In this document: one piece after another, positions 13,494 to 25,905 of the stretch
Layout of the letters: each line of letters opens with the position of its first letter
Numbering within the stretch: position 1 is the first letter of the stretch
Assembly (NCBI GenBank): GCA_028534125.1
Contig: CM052816.1
Location: 9,674,001 to 9,738,000, forward strand
DNA: 64,000 bases
Origin: Lama glama
Taxonomy: Eukaryota
Direction: 5' to 3'
Notes under the pieces: generated by a model
The model's database searches: none
What the model was told of the DNA's origin: nothing
The model's input: the letters and a program-made list of their open reading frames with translations, nothing else
Program-made: the position numbers and the translations under genes

Positions 13494-14712
13494 AAGAGCC
13501 CATTCTTTTTGATCACTCTTGTGTATTGCCTTTAAATCTAAATCTAAGAGGTAAACTTGGAGACGGCATTGGAAATTGGAGTTACAGAAGTAAACAGCCG
13601 TCAAATCAGAGCAGTCAGGAGGGATAGCTGATGTTTTGAGTAGGCAGAGGGGTGAGCACTAGGTCAGAGTGCACAGCATTTTCATGTGGAGAGGGGAGGC
13701 ATCTGGAAAGGAGGTTCCCAGTGGGAAAGGGGAAGATTGAGAATCAGGAGGCAAGGGCTCCTTCCCTGTGCCCATAGTCTCATCTGTCAAAGGTGCAGTG
13801 CTGTGACCGTCCTTCTCCACCCGGTGCTTTCTTCTTTCGCCACAGATACTGAGGCTAACCTAGATCGGTGCTTCAGGTTTTCAAGTTGAAAAACCCCTCC
13901 TCGGAACCTTAATATGTAAAAGTGATAAGTAAGGTTGAGGATTGTGTGCGAAGAAGTTGGAACCCTCTTTGAGCCAGGGAATCAGATAGTGTAGAGGGAA
14001 CAGCAGGTGTATTGGCCGCAGGCAACGTCCCCTGCTGAGGGAGTCCATTTTCTCCAGTTCCAGTGTTATATACAGTAGCTGGTTTTTCTTTAAAACGAAT
14101 ATTCAACTTGTAAATCGGATAGGCTGTAGCATGTTTTCCATGGTTAGGCTAAATGTTTTTATAGTGAATTCTATGTGAGATTGGACTGAAAAATTCTTTC
14201 ATCTATTTTTTTATTTAAATTGCCTTTTTTCCCCATTTTTCTTATTTTCTATTATAAGCTTTTATTATGCTGATTTCAGTTGGAGTCTGTGTCTAGGAGT
14301 TATGGTTGCCAGTATTCATTTAGCATCTAGCATCTATTTATTGAGCTCTGTTATATGCCTTACTTGTTATTATATATATATTGTTTTAATTCATTTTCAT
14401 TACAGCATTCCTTACAATCTGGCATTGCCTGTTCCTTTATTTGTATATTATTCATCTCTCACCACTAGAATGCAGGTTCCACCAGAACAGAATCTTGCCT
14501 GTCTTGTTTGACCTTAGCAGAGTGCACTGGGCAGAGTAGGAACTACTTATTAAATAATTACTAAATGAATGAATAGCCCTAAGACTCCACATTATTAGTC
14601 AAAAGGTAGAGTAACACAGAATTCACCCAGCACTTAGGAGAAGTAGTCTTTAACATCAGTGAATTTAAAAAGAAATGAAGGCTACTTCACTGGAACTTAA
14701 GATAATTCAACC

Positions 14713-16618
14713 TTTTTTTTTTTAATAAACTGAAGTACAATCATTTACAGTGTGTCAGTTTCTCATGTACAGCACAATGTCCCAGCCACACATATACGTA
14801 TTTTTTCATTAAAGGTTGTTACAAGATATTGAATATAGTTACCTGTGCTGTACAGAAGAAACTTGTTCTTTAAAATATTTAAAATGGCTAACATTTGAAA
14901 ATCTCAAACTCCCAAAGTTATCCCTTCCCACACCCTTTCCCCCAGTAACCATAAGATTGTTTACTATGTCTGAGAGTCTTTCTGTTTTGTAGATTAATTC
15001 ATTAGTGTCCTGTGTTTTTTTTAGATTCAACATATGAGTGATATTATATGGTATTTTTCTTTCTCTTTCTGGCTTACTTCACTTAGAATGACGATCTCTA
15101 GGTTCATCCATGTTGCTGCAAATGGCATTATTTTATTCTTTTTTATGGCTGAGTAGTATTCCGTTATATAAATATACCACAGCTTCTTTATCCAGTCATC
15201 TGCTGATGGACATTTAGGTTGTTTCCATGTTTCAGCTATTGTATATAGTGCTGCTATGTACGTTAGGTGTATGTAGCTTTTTGAATTAGAGTTCCCTCCA
15301 GATATATGCCCAGGACTGGGATTGCTGGATCATATAGTAAGTCTATTTTTAATTTTTTGAGGAATCTCAATACTGTTTTCCATAGTGGCTGCACCAGTTT
15401 ACATTCCTACCAACAGTGTAGGAGGGTTCCCTTTTCTCTACACCATCTCCACTGTTTATTGATTGTGGACTTTTGAATGATGACCATTCTGACTGGTGTA
15501 GGGTGATACCTCACTTGCAGTTTTGATTTGCATTTTTCTGATAATTAGTGATACTGAGCATTTTTTCATGTGCCTGTTGGCCATTTGTCTTCATTGGAGA
15601 ATTGCTTGTTTAGGTCTTCTGCCCATTTTTGGATTGGATTGTTCGTTTTTTTGTTATTAAGTTGTGTGAGATGTTTATATATTCTGGAAATTAAGCCACT
15701 GTCAGTCTCATCATTTGCAAATATTTTCTCCCATTTTGTAGGTTGTCTTTTTGTTTTACTTATGGTTTCCTTTGCTGTGTAAAAGCTTATACGTTTAATT
15801 AGGTCCTCTTTGCTTATTTTTGCTCTTATTTCTATTGCCTGGGTAGACTGCCCTAGGACAACATTGCTAAGATTTATGTCAGAGAATGTTTTGCCTATTT
15901 TTCTTCTAGGAGGTTTATTATGTCTTGTCTTATATTTAAGTCTTTAAGCCATGTTGAGTTTATTTTTGTGTATGGTGTGAGGGAGTGTTCTAATAACTGC
16001 ATTGATTTACATGTGGCTGTCCACTTGCTGAAGAGACACTCTTTTCTCCACTATATATTCTTGCCTCCTTTGTCCAAGATTAATTGACTCTAGGTCTGTG
16101 GGTTTATTTCGGGGCTGTCTGTTCTGTTCCATTGATCTATATGTCTGTTTTTATGCCAATGCCATGTTGTTTTGGTAACTGTAACTCTGAAGCATTGTCT
16201 GAAGTCTGGGAGGGTTATTCCTCCAGCTTCATTCTTTTTGTTCAGTATTGCTTTGGCAATTCTGGGTCTTTTGTGATTCCATATAAATTTCACGATTATT
16301 TGTTCTACTTCTGTTAAAAATGACCTGGGTAATTAGGGATCACATGAAATCTGTAGATTGCCTTGGGCAGTATGACCATTTTAACAATATTGATTCTTTC
16401 AATCCAAGAGCATGAGATATCTTTCCATTGCTTTAAGTCATCTTTAATTTCCTTAATCAGTAGTTGTCCATGTATAAGTCTTTCACCTCCTTGGTCAAAT
16501 TTATTCCTAAGTATTTTACTGTTTTGGATGTGATTTTAAAGGGGATTGCTTCTTCACTTTCTTTTCCTGCTATTTCATTGTTAGTGTAAAGAAATGCAAC
16601 TGGTTTCTGTATGTTAAT
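14713..16618 (-). mobile_element. 5'-truncated LINE-1 (3'UTR + ORF2 C-terminal part)
   Basis: ORF 16090-16293 ([16 protein letters not shown]...[12 protein letters not shown]); closely similar to the L1 at 1-1450; T-run at left end. Confidence 0.93.
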
Positions 16619-18619
16619 AGGAATATCCTTTTAATTGGTTTTCATCTCATTTAGAATAAGACTGAGCCTTATATCCATGGCTTTAAAGCCTACCTACATA
16701 ACATCATTGTATCTCCCAGATCTCTCTGATCTCAACAGCTGCTCTTGACTGCTGGTCCCCTCTGGCCATCTCTCTGCTTACAGCAGGCAGTGTCCCCTCC
16801 TGATACTGTTATTCCATGTTTTGTTTATTTTGTTGTTGTTGTTCTCAACACTAAGCTCTTGCAGAAGGCCATCTGAATGTGAACTCCTTGAGAATAGAGG
16901 CCTTATCTACCCAGTGCCTACAACAACGTCTGGCACAGTATAGGGACCTAATGTTTGCTAAATGAATAGATTTTATTTGCCTGTGCTCCAAAATTTTTTC
17001 TTACAGTTTAATGGAGAATAAATAGATCTGGAGATCAGAAAACAGAGAAATGGCAGACCAGACCTAAAAAGCTGATGTTATATTAACTAATTTGTTTCAA
17101 GTATGTGAAAAGTAAGCAGGAAAACTGACTCCCGTTTGAGAATTGTTTTCATAATTCTGAAAGCAGAGTTTTATTTTGGTATGTTACTTGTCCATTACTG
17201 CATCTATAGGCTCTCTTTTTCTAGTCCCATTTGGGTCCACAGACAACATAAGGTTGTGGTTAGGAACAGGATAATTGAATTTAAATTTCATTCCTTCTTT
17301 ATAAACTACAAGATTGTATAGTTTACCTTGTCTAAATTTAATTTCCTCATCTGTCAAATGGCGATGATAATGGTATCAGGCTTACAGGACCGTGGAGAAG
17401 ATTAACTGCGACAAAGAAAACACTTACAGCACTTGGCAAGGTGCGTGTGCTCACTCAGCATGGGCAAACTATTCTCAGAACTCTACCTCTGCCCATAAAG
17501 CTGGTAAAGATGTCAAACTGCCCTTCCTTCACTGGAACACTTGTGTTCTCATATGAAACTTTAGGTGATTATTTCCATTCTCAGCTGACACTTTGTATGT
17601 GCTTAGTTACCACGTGTGTGTTCACATCTGTCTCCCAGGCAGCATTTCGCACAATAGAGAAGACACTTAGGAATCAGGGATTTCTGACTATGCCCTTTTT
17701 ATTTCCCTCGTAAAGTAGAATAATTGCAGGCTCTCTTTTGAAAAGGGAAAAATAAATTAGAAGTTTCCCAATTCTCTCCTTTTTATTCTGTGGTGGGATG
17801 AGTTGTACCTCCATCCCTCTTTGTGGGAGAAGATTTTGCTTTTGTTATTTTTAGTGAGGCAGAGATGGTAAGATGAAATAATGAAATAGTGTTGTAACTA
17901 TACAAGATGATCAAACTTAACAAGAGAAGGTCTGTATTTTAAGAGACCCTTTAGTTTGAGGGACTTGAAATACCTGAAACTTTATTGCATCAACTCCAAA
18001 GAGAGCCACTCAGATGGACCCTACTGACCAAGGGCACTGGGGACAGGGGTAAGGAAGACATAAGACGACAAGGGTCTCCATCCTGGCACAGGTGGACTGT
18101 GTATTAGCTGGATAGGTGATGGAGAAAGTAGAATTGTGTGCTTTCTGGACCCTTCTGGTTAAATGATTAAGTTAGATGAGTAACGCTGACATCTATTGGC
18201 CACACCAGGTAAAAACACAGAGCTTTTCACTTCATTTCCCCGGCCTCAAGTATAATAGTGACTTCACTTCCCTATATTAGTCAAGATCTTTCAGCTATAA
18301 GTGACAGATTATAGAGCATATTAAGCAAAGAAAATAAAAGGGAATTCATTGACTGATGTAATGGGAACGGTGGGATGGAGTGAGAATTAGGTATGCTGGA
18401 ACTAGGGGATCAGATGGTATCCACTCTTTCCCTTTCTCTCCAAAACTCTTAGCTCTCCTTCTGCCTCCTTCTATTAGCATGTGGACCTTTTCCTCTCTTA
18501 ATGAAGGTGGGCTTCATTCATGAATATGAGGCAGAAAGCCTGAAACAACTGTGTGCACATGTGAGGGGGACAGTTTCTCTTTGGCTCGTGTCTTTAAGTG
18601 AGATTAGCGGGGCAGGGTC

Positions 18620-18652
18620 TGACCCTGCAGATGACCCTGCAGATGACCCTGC
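18620..18652. repeat. 12-bp tandem repeat (TGACCCTGCAGA) x about 2.8
   Basis: Directly visible. Confidence 0.85.
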
Positions 18653-18880
18653 GCTGTGGGGTAAACTGAATTCAGGGAAGTGTTTGTGAGACCACTGGGT
18701 AACATACCTCAGACCTAAGCAAAACGAAAGCTGACTTCAAACAATCAGTGCCCAGAGATGAATATTTACCACCTCTTTCATTGTTGTGTTTGTGATAAAT
18801 GTAACATTCAGCTGTCCATTCGTTTTCTTTTGTTTGTTTATCATTTGTTCCAGATTTGGGTACAGCTTAGAGGTATGTTA

Positions 18881-18886
18881 TTTATT
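18881..18886 (-). terminator. Candidate SPINK13 polyadenylation signal
   Basis: AATAAA on the minus strand about 75 nt after the stop. Confidence 0.65.
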
Positions 18887-18961
18887 ACACCCTCAGATTC
18901 CAAAAGAAATAATTTTCAGAATTAGTAAAGAGAATAAACAAGTATAGTACTCTGTTACCCA

Positions 18962-19010
18962 TTAGTAACACTTTCCATATTTATCAAATTTAATACGATG
19001 ACCCAATTCC
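18962..19010 (-). CDS. SPINK13: SPINK13 last coding exon (ELGHRIKFDKYGKCY*)
   Basis: Acceptor ttttctttag|G; TAA at 18962-18964. Confidence 0.94.
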
Positions 19011-22000
19011 CTAAAGAAAAGAGAAAACAAGAGATTAGTATCATAAAGGAAAATGGGTCTTACTTCACCTTCCCTTCTCTTCTAAATGAAGTCCTGAGAA
19101 ATGGAGCTGCTTCTCCAGTTCCCTTCCCCTTACCCCTTCCCGGCCTGTCCATCACCACCACAGTTGGTACATTCCTCCTCTATGTCTTGATTATTCAGCA
19201 AGTGCTCTGTGAAGGTTTCCAAAAGAGAGTCTTTCAGTCCCTAACCCATTCCCATTTTAATACCTTTCCAGTCAATGTAGCAATGCCAGATTTTTCTACC
19301 AAGCAGTAAAAGATAACCACAGTAATAATGTTGTGCATAATTCACATTCTCTGTTCAAATCTTCACTAGGTTTACACTGCCCATAGACGAATCTATTTTC
19401 CTTACTGTGGTGTTTACGTTTCCCAGAAGACTGACCTCTGCCTAACTTTCCACCCTTATATATTACTATTCTTTAAATACATAACATTCTTTTCAACACA
19501 ATTTTTATCTTCACTATTTCCCTAAAGACATTGTGCGTTTCTGCAGTTCCACGTGTTTTCCCAAGCAGTGAGCCCTGTGTAAATCACCCATTCTATTTTC
19601 TTTTGCATTTTTCTTCAAGAATACTTTAACTGCCTCTTCCTTTCAGAGACTTCCCACACTGACCCCCATATCAGGTTCATATTTGATACATACCTAGTTT
19701 CTCACGTGGTTCAGGGGCTATAAACATAACTCCTTGTAAGAGTCGAGCTGGTATTATAAAATGTGAAGCGAGCCACCCTCCCTCAACAGAAAGAGATGGG
19801 ACTGCAGGTTTCCAGAACACCCAAACCCCCTTTAGATGGGTAGCGTTACTAGACAGCTGTGGCTTATTTCTTGTCTGTGAAATCCAGCTTACTAACAGTA
19901 TAATGTTTGATTTTTTTAAAGATGCTGGAAATCTATATTTTTAGAGAAAATCTGATTTTTTGGAAATACTATCAACCATTTCAGAACTTACTTTGAAATT
20001 TCTGTGAAGAACTAAAGAGAAAAAAACAATGGTACTTTTTTTTGAACTTACCACTGAGCAAGACAAAGAAAACATTCATTCTGGTAAGTCTGGCCATTTG
20101 TAGCACAAACATATGCTGTTACATCAGGACAGGTTGAGTCATAAGAAGGATCCACTGGGTAGTACATTTTACAATTGGGCTGCAGATGTCATAAAATATC
20201 ATATGAATAACAGTTGATAGATTTTCCTTCATCTATTCCTGGCCTGTCACTTCTGCCCTACACAGAAATAATATCAGATATTACTAATCAGTTGATCTTT
20301 TTCAGGGATTTCCTCTCTGTGCTTTGGTCAGGCAAGTTTTTTTCTGACTATAATGTCCTCGCCCATCTATCATCTCTTAAAGTCATAAGCATTATAATAA
20401 CTCAGTTTAAACTCCAAATGCAAAGTTTTCATTTAAACCTGGAGTCCCAATGTCCCAATGCTAGTAACTCATTATAAAAAGTGTGTAAGTAGAGATAGTT
20501 ATGTGTTCGTGAATTCCTAGGAGACGGGCTCAAATGTAGCTGTTAAAGTGAAGGTTCTGTTTTGAGACTGAGATCAAATTCTGTGTATACCACTGTTACA
20601 CTTCATGGTCTTGGACTAGTGACAGATATTATTTCTTTTAATGTTCAGAGATGTATTGTACTATTACATTGCTTGTGCTACATGGGGGTAAATCTAAGCC
20701 TGGAGAAGTTAAGATGCCTGCCCAAAGTCCCATAGAAAACTTCCATTCTACTTTACCACAATGAAGTTTTAGGTCTCTCATGTCAAGAGAGTGGTCAAAT
20801 TAGAATCAGAATTCAGAACTGAGAAATTTAAATTTACCTTAGGCCATCTAGAGTGGTCACGTGGTTTGACTATACCTACAAATAAAGTACAGACATAGTA
20901 AGTTAAAAGAAATTGTTTTCCATAGGATATGATTTCACCCACTGAATATTCATTTGCACAAAGTATACAAAATAATTTATGGCAGCAAAATTTGTGGGTA
21001 GTATTTGGGGTTGTATGCATAATTTGCAAATCATGTGATTTTCATTCAGTTACTTTTGTTGGCTACCGTTTCCTCTTCACTACTGTTGGAATAAATATAT
21101 GCATTTCAAAGATTGCTGTAAAAATTAAATGTGATATAGTAAATAAAATATTAGGCCAGTTCCTACCAGGATGCTGAACTAAAGGGGATACTAAGAGTGA
21201 TGATGTGAAAACTTCAGAGTTCCTTGACTCCGGAGAGCCCAAGGGATACGGTGAACTAGTTCCTGCGAGGGGTGCTGGTGTTGCCTTGGGATAGAGGATG
21301 ACCAGCTGGCTGTGGGAGAATAAAGTGAGAAAAGACCTATCAAAGTTCTGCTCTTCCCTATCTCTCACTGTCAGATATTTAAAATGTCCTAGGAAAGTCT
21401 AGCTTTCCAAAAGTTAGAATTTACGAAGTTAGAAGAGAAAACTTGAATATTTTAAAATCTTCTCACAAAGGAAACGAGTCTCTCCAGGAATAGACTATGC
21501 TGATTATATACATACTCTTTCAGAGACTAAAAAAGGTGGAATGCTCCTCTCTGATTCTAAAAGGCCAGAATATTTTAAAGACAAAAGCAGCTGGACATAG
21601 TTACGAGAAAAGAAAAATAAAAGCCTTCATCTAATAAAAGTAAAACAAAGTAACATATGTATGTATATAAATACTGCATACCATACGTAGGAACAAACTT
21701 AGGATGGATCAGGATCTGAACATAAAAAAACAAAACCATACAAGGATCAGAATATAACACAACTGAATTGTTCTTTAATCTTAATGTAAGAAAGACTTTC
21801 TGATAATGACTCATTAATCTCCATGTGATAACAGAAAGGACTGATTCCTTTTATTACACCCAAATAAAAATAACTTTTTCGTGACAAAATATAAACATAA
21901 ACAAACTAAAAATGTATCTGACAAACTGGAAAAAAATTTGCAACACATATCACAGGTAAAAGGCTAATATACCTAATATATAAAGAATACTTTAAGAAGG

Positions 22001-23441
22001 AAAAACCCCAGTTGCTAAATGGGATGCAGATACAATTCATACACACACACATATACACACACAGACCCCAACAATATGTCAGTGACCCTCAAATCTGTGA
22101 AAGATACTCAAATTCACTATGATAAGAAAAATGCTAACTAAAACTATACTGAGATACCATTTCTCACCTGTCAGGTTAATTACTGAGAAAGAGATCCTTT
22201 AGTCTACAATTGGTGGGAATGCAAATTGGCACAACCTTTTATGGAGTGAAACTCGGCAGTGCTGAACAAAACTACTTTGCATTTACATTGAATAGCAATT
22301 CAAGGAATTTACTCTGAAGATAAACCTCCAACAGTACAGTATGCACAAGATTATTTATTGCAGCAGAGTTTTTTTTTAATTGAAGTACCGTCACTTACAA
22401 TGTGTCAATTTCTGGTCTACTGCATAATGTGCCAGTCACACACACATATTCGTTTTCGTATTTTTTTTCACTAAAGGTTATTACAAGATACTGAACTCAG
22501 TTCCCTGCATTGTACAGAAGAAACATTTTTTTTAAATGTTTTTATATATAGTGGCCAATATCTGCAAATCTCAACTCCCAAATTTATCCCTTCCCACCCC
22601 CTTTCCCCGGTAACCATAAGAGTGTTTACTATGTCTGCAGGTCTGTTTTCTATTTTGTAGATGAGTTCATTGGTGTCTTCTTTTTTAGATTCCACGTATG
22701 AGTGATATCATATGGTATTTTTCTCCTTCTGGCTCACTTAAGACTGGTTAAATATACTTAGGTACATCTGTCTGATGAGGTTTTGTACAATTGTGTAAAA
22801 GAATGAGGAAATCCCTGTGAGCTGATAACATACTAATTTTCAGGACATTTGTAAATTCAGAAAAGCAAGATGCAAACAGGTGCCTGTAGTATGTTATCTT
22901 TTATGTAAGAGAGTAGGAAGAGTAACATAACAAAATGTTCATATGCATGTTTATTTGAACAAAAGAACAGAAAAGCTACATCAGAGACCAGTAAGGTGGG
23001 TTACATACAGGGTGATGGTGGGCCTGCAGGGGAAGGAAACTGGTATGGAGGCAGTGACATGTCTTTGAATCTGAACTTCTGTTCATTTTGTTTCATTTTC
23101 GTCATATTCAAAATAGTTTTAAATTGGCCTTTTGATTTCTCTTGACCCATGGGTTACGTAGTAGTATGTTATTAACTTTTGACATAGTGAAGGATTTTCC
23201 ACAGTAACTCCCTTTCTAACAGCGATAGCCAGTTGACATCCAGCTTGTGTTACCAAGCCCAAAGGCCTATGTTTCAACAAAACTTTTTCAATCCAGTGAA
23301 AATTGATTCATTCTTTCCTACAAAGTAAAAGAAAACCAGATGTTTCTCTCCCAAGACCTATGTTTCCTTACCTGCAAAAACAATATGTGCCAAAGTGGAG
23401 GATACCAGGAAAAACGTGGTCATGCAGGGAAGGGCAGCCAT
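18962..23441 (-). CDS. SPINK13: Serine protease inhibitor Kazal-type 13; join of complement(23372-23441, 20838-20875, 20052-20179, 18962-19010), 94 aa
   Basis: Spliced 285 nt with GT-AG introns, phases 1/0/2: MAALPCMTTFFLVSSTLAHIVFAGIVKPRDHSRWPKPNCKMYYPVDPSYDSTCPDVTAYVCATNGQTYQNECFLCLAQWELGHRIKFDKYGKCY*. Matches recalled human SPINK13 motifs (RWPKPxCKMY, QNECFxC, RIKFxKYGKC) and length. Confidence 0.96.
20052..20179 (-). CDS. SPINK13: SPINK13 Kazal core exon
   Basis: Acceptor ctgcag|CCC, donor TG|gtaagt; five Kazal Cys. Confidence 0.96.
20838..20875 (-). CDS. SPINK13: SPINK13 38-nt coding exon 2 (GIVKPRDHSRWPK)
   Basis: Acceptor tttatttgtag|GT, donor AAG|gtaaat. Confidence 0.94.
21760..23010 (+). 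mobile_element. Old L1 3' fragment in SPINK13 intron
   Basis: Degenerate L1 motifs (ACTGAGATACCATTTCTCACCT, TTGGTGGGAATGCAAATTGGCACAACC); interrupted by a younger L1 end. Confidence 0.65.
22369..22741 (-). mobile_element. Younger L1 3'UTR fragment nested in the old L1
   Basis: Close match to 14713-15090 and 45290-45580; T-run at left. Confidence 0.88.
23372..23441 (-). CDS. SPINK13: SPINK13 signal-peptide coding exon (exon probably starts at 23474)
   Basis: ATG at 23441; donor CAG|gtaagg; upstream acceptor ttttcacag| at 23475/23474. Confidence 0.95.
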
Positions 23442-23695
23442 TTGACCTCCTCTAATGTACTGCTTTGGTGAGGCCTGTGAAAATGCTCAGAATAGTTTAT
23501 TCCTAATCTCTTGCACAACTGGCTTTCCAAAGGTAAGAGACCCACTACTCTGAGGTGGTGCCGTTCCCATGAATTTGGCCAGGGTGGTCCCACAGTGGCC
23601 TGGTCTCCAGGGATTCAGACCTGAGAGGGCCCTTCTGCTCTAAAGAGGGGGGGAAAAACATTAAAATAACGTTTTTGTTTTTGTTTTTTTCTTAC

Positions 23696-23790
23696 CAGAA
23701 GCCATTGTACAATCACAATTTTGGCTTTGAAGAAGAATTAGCATTAGGGCTCTCATCAGGGCCCCATCATGTAATTTATGAATAAATAGG
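23696..23790 (-). other. SPINK13: Probable non-coding 5' exon of SPINK13 (5' boundary uncertain)
   Basis: Donor CTG|gtaaga at 23696/23695, about 220 nt upstream of the acceptor of the ATG exon. Confidence 0.45.
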
Positions 23791-25640
23791 TTCCTCCTAC
23801 AATATATAATCTAAACTGAGACATTGATGTTAGTGAATATGGACACTTTAAGAATTTATAGGAATTCTGGGAAAATAGGTACGCACTAAAGACTGTTCTG
23901 CACTGTCAGGGATTTGTCACTTTATAATGCAAGTTGTTTGATTCCATGGGATGGACCAGTTTCTCCCACATTGAAGTCCTCCATTTCCTAAGTTATTCTT
24001 CCAAGCCAGTTACATACACTCCAATACAAAGAATGGATTGAAAATGGAATTGTTAGTCTGAGGTCATAAAAATTATGTACATCTTTCCTGATGCATGAAT
24101 CAGGATAATTGATTTTTATAATTTTTATGACTCATATGTAGGTACATAAGATTTTCATGACCTCTGTTAACTATTAGTGAAATCTAAGTTCAAATTCTAG
24201 CTTCAACATCTCTTAGAAGTGTGAACCTCAGAAAAAGTATGAACATCATAGGATATTGAGAGGATTGGCTGATAAGAACTAATTTGTTTAGCCAAACTCT
24301 TCTTTTCTAAGGATGGAAATATTTAGGGCCAGAGGGAAGATACTTTCCAAGTCATTTACCCAGCTTCCTTGTGCCATATGCTATTCATTCTGTCTCTTCT
24401 CCAAATTGCAGCTTGTGGGCATGTAGAGAAATGAGGGAGAACTACATTAGCAGTGAAGTTTTCCCCATGTTCATGTGCAAAGGAAACAAAAGGACGGTGT
24501 TGGAGGAAAACAGACTTAAAGGAAATCTAGTGACAGAGAAGCAAGCCAAAGAGATCCTATCACTGACTTAGACTAAGGAGGTGACAAGATGTTTACCTGA
24601 ATGAGCTCGCTGCAAAATGTGAGCCTCTCTGTAGTCATCCTGAGGTCACAGCTAGCCTTGAGCAAAGTTGTTGTTCCATGAGAGTCTGGCCAGGGGCATG
24701 TTGAGCAGAGGAGGCAGCCTTCTTGAATAGTTGCATGACCACTAGATAGGCAAGAAATTGCTCTAAGGGCTGTTTCCTCTTTTGACCTCTCTCTTGAACC
24801 ACCTCCTCTGATGTTTCATGCTCCAGGAGGCAGGGACAGACCTGGAGGTTCTGTTCTTGTGGGTTTTGATTGTAGATTATGAGAACAAGAAGGACTAGCA
24901 TCCTAAATATCAAATGTCATTTGCAAAGCAGATTAATTACCTACCTCATTCCAGAGGATCTGGTGAACATTTCACCAAGGAAAGGCTGATTCATTTTCCT
25001 GGTCTGCTCTGCCTCCAGAAGTCAGTTAGTCCATCTTACTTCTCAAAAGGTTTATCCATTTTATTTTTCTGGCTTGATTTCTGACATCAGACAGAGACAT
25101 TCCGGCACCACAAGCAATAATCTTTGCATTGCCTAGGTTTCCAATTTCTTCATTTGTTTCCTTCCATCCACCTTAATATAGGCAAGCCTGAAAATTTGCC
25201 ACTGTCTGGAAAATTTCTCTCACACACTTTAAACTCTCTAGAGTCGTTAGTACTCCTTTTGCTGCTTGTCTTCTCTTCCCAGCCTGAGTCCCATAGACTG
25301 GCATTTATTTTTAGCGCCTTGGCATGACCATATTCTCTTGACATCCTGTTCTCTATTCTTCCCTCTTTCTTCCAACCTGGGATAAATCCAGCATCCTATT
25401 TTCCTGCTCTAGACCTTGGTTGTTGAGCTAGGCTAGAACAAATTCCTTCAGTGGACTCTATAATCCTGCTATCACTACTACTTACTTAAGCCTTCTGTGA
25501 CTCCTAAGGAGGCCTCTTATTTAATGTCATATTGCTACCCATGCCACCCATCCCCATATCATTTCCTTTCCTTTTTTTTTTTAAGTCCAATTTCAACTAT
25601 TTGATCACACCTCCACTACGTTACTTTAGAAAACTTCACC

Positions 25641-25905
25641 TTCTTTTTTATTTAAGTATAGTTGATTTACAATGTTTTGTTAGTTTCTAGTGTAACAGCA
25701 TAGTGATTCATTTATACACACACACATACACACACACACACACACACATTCTTTTTCATTATAGATTATTACAAGCTATTGAATATAGTTCCCTATGCTC
25801 TACAGTAGGACCTTGCTGTTTGTTTTGTATATAGGAGTTTATATCTGCTAATCCCAAACTCCTAATTTATCCCTCCTCTCCCCCTTTGGAAACCATAAGT
25901 TTGTG
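25641..25905 (-). mobile_element. Short L1 3' end with TSD and internal (CA)n
   Basis: L1 3'UTR motifs; flanking repeat AAACTTCACCT at about 25632 and 25907. Confidence 0.8.

Noticed and set aside
23250..23320. Strong minus-strand acceptor just inside the SPINK13 intron after the signal exon
   Set aside because: The intron would be only about 55 nt and the frame hits TGA; the real exon 2 is at 20838-20875.
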